DNA from: Nemertoderma westbladi
Taxonomy: Eukaryota > Animalia > Xenacoelomorpha
Assembly (NCBI GenBank): GCA_032718475.1
Contig: JAUCBJ010008830.1
Span: forward strand, 62,001-126,000
Reading direction: 5' to 3'
DNA length: 64,000 nt
Shown piece after piece: positions 55,157 through 64,000 of this stretch. Each line of letters starts with the position of its first letter. Position 1 is the stretch's first letter. The notes under the pieces were generated by a model that was not told the DNA's origin, searched no databases, and was given only the letters and a program-made list of their open reading frames with translations. A program made the translations under genes and the position numbers.

Positions 55157-56212
55157 GGACCTATCGTCAGCTTCGACCTTGTTGTGATGCAGTTGACCCC
55201 TGCCGATGCCAAGAAGTTTTACACTAATGGTATCGGTGTGGGGTAATTTATAGCCTTGTTGGAGCCAGGATTCCGGGGGGTGGAGTCAACCCGGCTCCCC
55301 GTAATCACTACGCAACACGCCCCCATACACTTACGCCGACCAGCCGAATTCCCCCAACAACTCGCCTTTGCAGAGGGATCTGCAGAACTTGGGGGGTTCT
55401 GTGTTTATATGCAGAACCTCCACAAGACGGGGGTAGGTTGTAAAATTTAATACTTTAACTTTAACTTAAAATTTATATTTATTTTTAATTATAAGGTAGT
55501 TTCTGACAGGGGAGGGTGGGGGGTAATTGGTAATATAATACATTATGTACAAGGGGTACACTCACTTATGAATATTCCCACATTGTTTATTATAGGCGAC
55601 AATGCAGAAAGTTTGTGGTGGGGCGGTTTGCCGCGGATTGAAGGGGACCGGCAACTGCCCCTGTTTCCAAACAGCACTTCCCACTGTATGGTCCTTGGAT
55701 TGCGACGTCGAGTTGACTCCTCACTTTGATGGGGAAGGGCGACATGTTCTGCCACACGTTCTGCCACACGTTTTTATGTCGTGGCAGTTCACGTCGCCCT
55801 TTTTCCAACTGGACCATATAAGGGTAAGTGTTTTTAAATTTATGCATTATGTATTATAGTTGAAAACAATAATTAAACCTATTCAAAAATGATAAAAAAT
55901 AGACATGTTATTTATTGGCTTCCTATATGGATTACTGGACATTTCAGATGGCAGTATATAAATATAATACTGCTTGTCCACAGTACCCTCTAAAAGTGGC
56001 AGCCCGCATAGGGCCCAGGATCTCGAAAGGGTTAATTTTATAATTAACTTATGTTTAATATTTTCAGGCACCACTACGGATGATCCAAGATATCGACACC
56101 CGTGACCACGTGAACAACCAGTTGCAGTTATACGGAGGGAGAGGGTGGTGCTTCAGCATCACCATATGGTGAACAACAACCACCCCTTCAACCTCAACCA
56201 ACCCGTGGTATA
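55157..56212 (+). pseudogene. Unknown spliced gene, paralog 3 (exons 55157-55432, 55596-55823, 56068-about 56212)
   Basis: Same intron phases as paralog 2, with SAELGGFCVYMQNL, ATMQKVCGGAVCRG...CPC...FMSWQFTSPF and YGGRGW. Stop at 55244 and a frameshift near 55178. Confidence 0.7.
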
Positions 56213-56915
56213 AGCAATAGTATTTTGACTAGTATGTCTGCTTCTTTTTGGGACTATGAACTGAGCTTAATGCGTTGTTTGAACAGGTAACATATAACTG
56301 AGGTAACATAGCCTCAGTTAAATCATCAGTTTAACCATAAACAATAAAGCACAAGATCATGGCTGAAAACTAACTCTAATTCTGCCACTGTCCTCTTCCA
56401 AACGGTCCAAAGGGCCACGGGGATCAAGAAGACAGTTAGGGTCACAATCCACACCGGTTACACCATGTCCTGGAAAATAGTGCCAATATTCACGAACCTG
56501 CCCCCCCCCCCCCCCCCCAAACCCTTTTTCTACAAAATCTTAATGAGATTGCATGGAATTTGAAACAGAGACAGTTTCACCTCCCTCCTCCTTCCTGGGT
56601 GAACCCCTCCTTCCTGGGTGAGCCAGAATTTTTGATTTTTTGAATTTTTGAAATTTGGTAGGAGTGAACAAGGAGCATTGCATAATTATAAATTATATGC
56701 CTAGATGGACTTTTATAGTTCTTATATTCGTTATTCGTTACTAAGTTCTAGCTCTAAAGAGCCTTATCCATAAATATTTTTTATGTTGCCTTATAAAGGC
56801 TGTTAATATTTTCCATGTTTGCTTCTGATTGTTGTTTGTTTTTGTTTCTTTGTGTTTATTTGCATTTTTGTTTATTTGTCTGTATTGTGATTATCACATG
56901 CATGAATGCATGAAT

Positions 56916-57752
56916 AAGATTGAAAATAAAAAAGGAAGTTAAATATTTAGGACCACATTGGATAATTGCTTATCCGGAGAAAGTACAGTGAAAAATATTT
57001 TCTCGAAGTTAACAACAGTAGGCTTATAAAAATAGTTTACACCGACTCCCGCAAGTTACTTTGCTCTTCTTTAATACACAGTGTTACATAGACTATGCGT
57101 GCTCTTCTTGGTATGAAGGCTTAACCAAACAGCTTAAATGTAAATTACAAGTAGCTCAGAATAAAGTAGCACGATTTATTAAAGACTACAAACCACCTAA
57201 CTCCAGGTGACTTTTCTTTCTCTTACAGTACCAGAGCTAGTGCTTCAAACTTTTACCTCCCGAATTGTAAATACTTCAAATCTGATACTTACTTTTTTAA
57301 TGGTATTAAAAATTGGATGCTCTGCCTACTGAAATTAAAAACCTAGATAATCAACATTCTTTTAAATCTGCAGTTAAATCTCACCTCCATGTGCAATGTA
57401 AAAATAGGTACAATAGTCCTACAGTAAGTTATTAGTTTATTAATTATTTACTATTTATACTGTAAATAAGTTTTATAATAAATTGTTCTGTAGTTAGTTA
57501 GTTTAGTTAGTTTATTTATTATAGACCAGACCAGAAATTAATATTAATAATAATATAATAACACACAAATTAAATGTACAATGTTGAACGTTCTAGTCTA
57601 CGAGTTACTAATATTTATACTAATATAAATCATTACATCCTACATCAGCTTTATGGGTAATCCTATATGTTATGTTGGACAATACCTTTATACCAGTACA
57701 ATGTGTGGTGTGTATTTGTTATTGTTTTTACATAATGTATAAATAAATCTAT
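56916..57752 (+). mobile_element. Decayed 3' copy of the 18781-21627 LINE
   Basis: Matches 20628-21613 with deletions. Smaller pieces at about 23330-23412 and 35970-36006. Confidence 0.9.
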
Positions 57753-58814
57753 TAGTTCATTTTTTGTCCAGTTTTCCACTGTTTTTTCTTTTTTTTCGCA
57801 AAATTCACTCTGCTGTTACATGTTCTAGCAGGACTGTTCAACTCACTACATTAAGTCTACAAATTAATGCAATAATAATATTGGTCATAGTTAATTTGTA
57901 TAATCAACTACCTAATCAACGGGTAATATCAACTCTTCATACATTTTCAATGTTTAAATGGGCCTAACAAAACTGCAGTAGCAATTCTATTGTTTATGGT
58001 TGCTGATTATGGCCAATTATTTCAATTTTTTTTTATTATATATTATATATAATATAATAACAATTGAAGAATGCCAATGCAGTCAGGGCCTAATAATAGA
58101 TATTAAAAGTACACAAACTGCTGCTGTCGAGATCGGTGCCTGATGTCTTCTACTAAACTTGGGTGAATCAATTGCCCAGGCTAACTTGACAATCAGGGTG
58201 ACCAGTCCCTAACCGGTGAGGCAGAAATACAGTATTCAGAAACAGATCAAACTCGCGAGAAACAATCCTGCGCAGCGAATCCTAACTAATGCTGATGGAC
58301 CTCCTGCAGACTCCTGCAGACTTTCCGCAGTGTGATTTATATGGGTATAACAACGAGCCAGTCAGTTGGTAAGTTGAGTGGGAGGTTAATTAGCAATCTC
58401 GGCTCATAATCAAATGGTTTGTATGAGATTTATGCTGTTTCATAGCACCAATGTATGTGAGTCCTTTTCTCTCCTTATTCATGAACAAATTTTGCCCAAG
58501 TCAGTAAGTCAGTTCCCGTATATTCCCTGCAGTTGAGTGAGTGCGAGTATATAACACTATAACACATAAAAGCTATAATTCTAATCAATAATCTGTTATA
58601 ATTACCGTAAGTCATAAATAACTCTGTATATTATTTAGAGCGCAACACCTAAACGGAACTGTTAATACTATCCTGAAAGTGAACATAGTTGTTAGAAATT
58701 ATATAGCGAAACTCAATCAAAGGATACATAAATGCCTAATATTTCGTCTACCTTTAGAATTCAGATCCCCTTTGGGTCACAATTTCTTTAAAGGCGTTAT
58801 TAACTGCATATAAA

Positions 58815-59216
58815 TTGTACGTTAGACCTATAGTAGAGTACTGTACTCCAGTTTGGTCGCCTTTTAATTTGGGATCTATTGATTTAACCAATAGGGTGCA
58901 ACTTTATTTCCCGCAAAGGATATTTGCTCGATGTGGATTGGATAAACGTAGTTATATAGAACGTTTACAGTTTTTGGACTTGCAGCCGCTGGAAGTGCCT
59001 AGGTTAATTTTTTATTTGAAATTGACTTATTGCATTATCAATAAATGTGTTGACTTCGACTCAGATTCTTTCTTCACTGGTGCAATTACAGTAGTCCAGG
59101 TTCAAGAGGCCACAATTTTAGATTATTTAAACATCACTCAAGACTACAGATCAGTCAATATTGCTTTAGTAATAGAGTTGTTTCAATTTGGAACAATTTA
59201 TCTTCTACCATTGTAA
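58815..59216 (+). mobile_element. CR1 ORF2 C-terminal fragment
   Basis: YVRPIVEYCTPVWSP, SYIERLQFLDLQPLE and, in shifted frames, RGHNFRL and FSNRVVSIWNNLSSTIV. Confidence 0.85.
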
Positions 59217-59254
59217 AAGGAGACACAAACACTTTAGCTACAAGAGAAACAACC

Positions 59255-62200
59255 ATGGATAAAGGATATACTTTAGGTCTCCTAGGTGAAGACGAGGCAG
59301 AGTCTGCATCAGGTGAAAAGTACGTATTCAACGACCTAAATTTGAGCTCAGCTATTTTAAAGCCCACTTATGACGCTCTAAATGGCGGAATGTTACATGT
59401 GAATGCCGGAGCTTACGGACCTCCCAAGAAAGCATCACTTATGAGACAGGATATAGCTAGAACATATAATTTATCACCAACAAATCAACCTAGGATGGTA
59501 TTTGATCACTTTAGGAAAGTTTCAAAGAAACTTATATCTATAAAGTGCTTCTCAGATAAATTAGAACTAGATAAATCAAATTTAGAAATGGGGATTTTAA
59601 ATGTCATAGATGAGAGAAAAATTTATGGACGACATCCAGTTTTGAGCAAGTCAAATGCTAGCTGTTTAATACAAGATCCCAATTTGACAAATCTAATGAT
59701 GTGGGAAATTTTAACAACAGGACTAGTGGAGATCTCAGCTGGAGGAGAGAGAAATACTACACATTTTCAAGCAATAATTGAAAATGATAGAAAATGTAAT
59801 ATTAGCAATGAAAACCATGGTGGTGAAACAACTAGACTCTTTGTCATAAGTAAACTTCTAAAATTGTGGACATTCAAAGGATACTGGTTTGTTAAAATAA
59901 AGAGAAATTTGGTGGCGATTGATCACAATTACTTATTGATGATTAATGGAGTATCCATATCAAGGAAGAATGCATACATCACGTCTTTGCTGCACTATGA
60001 CAATGAGCATTTAAGCTCTGTGGAACCGCTCCCAGTGCCCCAAATCATACTAAAGATATACAAATGGGGGGACCACGTTGTCACTCACCACAGTGATGCA
60101 GGTTTTGATTTATTAAAACTTTGGGAAGGCATGCAAATGGGACTCTTAGTTGATAGAACAAATGAAGCAGTGGTTAGAGAAAACTCTGAATCCCTATACG
60201 ATAGTATCCTTAGTTCATTTGATGATCGTGTTAAGGAATTAACTGGAAATATAGGCTGCAAAGTTTGTTCATCTATATTTGGAACTATTGAGGATAGTTA
60301 CGTGAGGCCATCCGACAGTGTAGAGTTATTCGGATTATTTCGCCATTTTGGTCACCCAGTCGTAGATGTGAAAGCCGGTATCAATAAGCTACTTGGTGTA
60401 GTTAGGGAACCCATTCACCAAGATTGCGAATTAGTTAGGGAATATGGAATCTTATTGAAGAAGAATATCATTCTGGATTATTACCGGGCGAGAAAGAAAT
60501 ATCCTGCTATGGATTTGTCCAAGATGAAATGGAAATCAAATTTGAGAGAGATCCTTGCTAATGGATATCCTTTGCATGATGAGACTAGGAATGTAGATTG
60601 GAATGATATAGATCTATGGAATTTAAGCAAACCTTTGAAAAAGCTACTAGTGCTGATTTAATAAGCATACTCGAGGATAAATCTGTGACTCTCACAAAAC
60701 CCGAAATCGTTAAAACACTTCCCAGGACTTTAGGTGATCCATCTAAATCACACGTCATGTATCAGTATACTTATGGAGATCCAATTGTCGTAGAAGACGT
60801 AGTTGATGACTTTGAAAGCAACGGGTTCAACCCTGATGATCTTGTTGCCCGAGTAAAAGTTAAAGAGAGATAGCTCAAGTGGTGGGGCAGATTCTTTTGG
60901 ATATTGTCATGGAAAGCTAAGATACTGATAACTCTGTATAATAACTTAATAAAGATAAATATATTGAAGATAAATAGGATTATGACATATGGGAAAACAG
61001 AATCGGAAATTGATAGAGACACTTCAGAGTTCGCAAAACTAGCAGGACAAGAAGGCAAGGAATTATTCCTAGTGTCAGTCCATTTAGATTTGTCCAGTTG
61101 GAATGAGTTAATGAGAGCTGTACTCACCAACGAGATAGGTCGACAATTTGACAAGTTATTCGGATATAAATCTTACGCTTCAAAGTTGTTTACTTTTTTT
61201 CAGACCGCAAAAAAACTATCGGCAGCTCAATTAGCAAATTTATCTCCAGCAGATCTCTTGGGAGACGCTGAGCCAAAAAGCCTAGGAAATTGGGAATTTC
61301 ACGAAGGGGGTGGACAAGGGATACTCCAATCTATCTGGACATACATCACAGTTTTGACAATAGATGCCGCTAAAGATGTGCTAGATGCTCCTCTCCTTCA
61401 CAATGGACAAGGAGACAACCAGAGAATAATGATAAAATTTATGGTTAGTAAGAACCCATTTTTAGCCAATGAGGACAAATTACAATGCATGAAGAAAGTT
61501 GATTCATTTGTCAAAGATCTCAAACAAAGATTTGCGAGAATAGGGCAAAAATTAAAGCCAGAGGAAACTTTTGTTTCAACTTCCATTTCAGTCTATGGGA
61601 AAGCAACCTTATACAAAGGTGCTAAACTCAATATGCTCATGGAAAAAGTTGGCTCTATAAGAGATTACGGTGATGTCATGGAATTCTCCGCTTCCGCACT
61701 CACTGGAGCTGTTATAGCCAATGTAGATGCTGCCACTGCCCAAACATCTCTTGGGGTCACACCCAGGTTCTTTTATCATTACTACATGAGAAGAATCTAA
61801 TCTCAGACAAACACCCAATGTTCCCCAACGGAGGACTAGTAGACTCTGTCAAGCAACTGAAAAAAGTGTCATTACAGGGAGCTTCGAAATTCTATCACTT
61901 CGACTTAAAATCTAATTTGGAATCACTAACAGTAGATGAACTCCGATGTGCTCTAAAAACTATTGTTCCCTTCATCGGATCTTTGTATGGTATTCCAAAC
62001 CAATCCTATACCTCTTCGATTATCAGAAACTTTCCAGACGCTCTAGGAACTTCAATGTTCTTTCTTAAGCTCCTATCGGATACCTCAGTTCCATTATTGA
62101 GCAAAACCTTAAGTCATTTACGCGGATTGATTCCAGCTATATTCCATCCCCACATAATGCCTGAGGTTCATTCAAGAATGCTAATCTTAGACCCTGAATG

Positions 62201-64000
62201 CATAAACTCTTGGAAAGTTAATTCTATAGAGGGCTTTGTCCAGAACGAGTCCATGAACTATCTCCGGAGCAACAAAGATAGGATAAAGCCTACATTGTTG
62301 ATAGACGCATTAGAATACAACCCTGACTCAACCATGCGAGACTTGGCTGATGAATTGGTCAGTTTCAAACCATGTTTTCCTCGTGCATTGAAGTTAATAA
62401 CAAATGTGGCAATCCCAGATTTAATTCTGAAATTTATAAGAAGGATAGCCAGCTGTAAAACACTGGTAGATATAGCTAGGATGACTAGAGGAGATAACGT
62501 CTATGATAAGTTAAGAACTAGAGAATCTTATATAACAGGTATAATATTCGAATCTATAGAGAACATCCCAGATGAAGTGGAAGTAGAACGTGAGGATGAA
62601 CCATCTGAATCCAGCTCAGAGCTACTCCAAAGACTGAGAGCTTCTTCTTTTAGGTTGGATGTTGAAGATCTGTTAGGAGTAACTACCCCAGACCCACAAG
62701 AGCAATTTGATTTATTTGAAGTTTCTGGTAGTGGTTGTCCCAAATGTCCAAAAATCGAATCCCATGAAAAGTCTATGTACATATGGGGATCAGTAGCTGC
62801 AAAAGGAAAAACTTTAAGGGATCTTGTCTCCACCAAAGGGCCATATCCCCATTATTTGGGGTCTGTTGTACACAGCAAGACTGTCAAAGCCAAGTTCGAA
62901 AAACATGAACAGTTGGAAATTATAGGAGATGTTGTGGCAGTTATGAAACTTATAGGCCCTGTATACCCAGAAGACTCATCGGTTGGCAAGTTGATTTTGG
63001 GTTTAGTCTCTCAACTAATAGAAGATGTTCCTGGACTGATGGAAGTCCTATCTAACAAATTTGCTGGTAACCCTGTCCATAGAGTGGACGACCCTCACAA
63101 TCGTAGAGGAGGTCAGAATAATCTCAACATCAATTTCACTTCCCATGTCACAACTAGTTCTAATCCAATGAGTCACTCAGCTCGAGGAGGAGAAGACTAC
63201 AACATCAATTACCCAGCCACGTTCTTGATGATGACTGATGAAATCTTAGATGATTTGATAAAGAAAACTGATAACTTAGATGAGCCTTTCACTCACGACT
63301 TTCATTATCATTATCACCCTAAGGAGAAAGCTCTGGTTCCTCTCCCCACAGTTGTGACCCCAACTGATTGTGACTCTGACCAGGCTGCCAGGATAGTGAA
63401 GATTCTTGACAATATCAAACCTCTAACTCAAAGAAAAGTTAAAGCTACTGAATATCTTAGATCAGTATTACCTCCAATCCTATATAATGTAGAGGTCGAG
63501 TACAACGACTTAACACCCATAGACCAATGGCACTCAATTAGTTTTACACTAGGAGTACTGAATGGACTATGGTCAACTCAAGTGCTTAGACACGGGACAG
63601 ATAACTGTGCAGGAGAAGCAGGGGGAAAATTGACTATAGGAGCATCCTTCAAGATACAACCCTATTATTACTTGATTGGGTTACTAGGAACCATTGTTGT
63701 GGATCTAGAAGCATCATCTTCCAAATCTAGATGGTCAAAGGCTTGGGAGGAATTTTCATTGGAATTGAAGGAACATATACTTCGGAAAAGCAATTATTCT
63801 GAGTCTTCCTTTCTATTGATGTTTGAAAATCAAATAAGGCGTGTATCTGAGATGTTACCCAATTTCTCCCCTCCAAAGACTCCATTAATGGGGTCTAATG
63901 ACGGACATGAAATGATACAGCAGGCTCTTACAAGTATAGTGTCTACTGTTGGATCTTATTCCGAGCTAGGGAATCTTATCAATAAGCAAATCATAAGATT
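59255..64000 (+). pseudogene. L: Endogenous viral element: Mononegavirales-type L protein (RdRp plus PRNTase capping domain), running off the window end
   Basis: DLNLSSAI, GLFRHFGHPVV, LEDKS, KVKER*LKWWGRFF, motif A LDLSSWN, motif B GGGQGILQSIWT, motif C GQGDNQ, motif D LKPEET, YGK. A frame open from about 61790 to 64000 (absent from the ORF track because it has no stop) has RNFPDAL, LDP, PCFPR, GVTTPDP, GPYPHYLGS and GNPVHR. Confidence 0.95.

Noticed and set aside
60871-60873. Programmed readthrough or alternative genetic code in the viral L gene
   Set aside because: The TAG replaces the conserved Glu of KERELK by a single base change, and neighbouring frameshifts point to decay or sequence error.
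62528-62836. 102-aa minus-strand ORF
   Set aside because: Antisense shadow of the open + strand L frame.

Overview
Eukaryotic, AT-rich, intron-bearing DNA, probably from an invertebrate animal. It consists almost entirely of decayed and nested mobile elements, and no intact host gene is recognisable. Elements seen: BEL/Pao pol and gag pieces, four copies of one RTE LINE, several CR1/L2-group LINEs, Merlin/ISXO2-, Harbinger- and MULE-like transposase remnants, Helitron-type elements, tRNA-derived SINEs and kilobase-scale internal duplications. The main result is an endogenous negative-strand RNA virus (Mononegavirales-type) L polymerase gene from 59255 past the window end. It has RdRp motifs A-D and the PRNTase HR motif, only three visible lesions, and is fused to a CR1 fragment. 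Most recognisable coding fragments lie on the + strand, as in a uni-strand piRNA cluster (inference). Other highlights: an unannotated intron-containing gene family in three diverged paralogs with conserved splice phases, a tRNA-type Pol III unit carrying a degenerate minimal hammerhead ribozyme, a tail-to-tail SINE/LINE partner pair, and repeated Tc1/mariner-type excision footprints. All assignments come from reading motifs by eye; no searches were run and boundaries are approximate.
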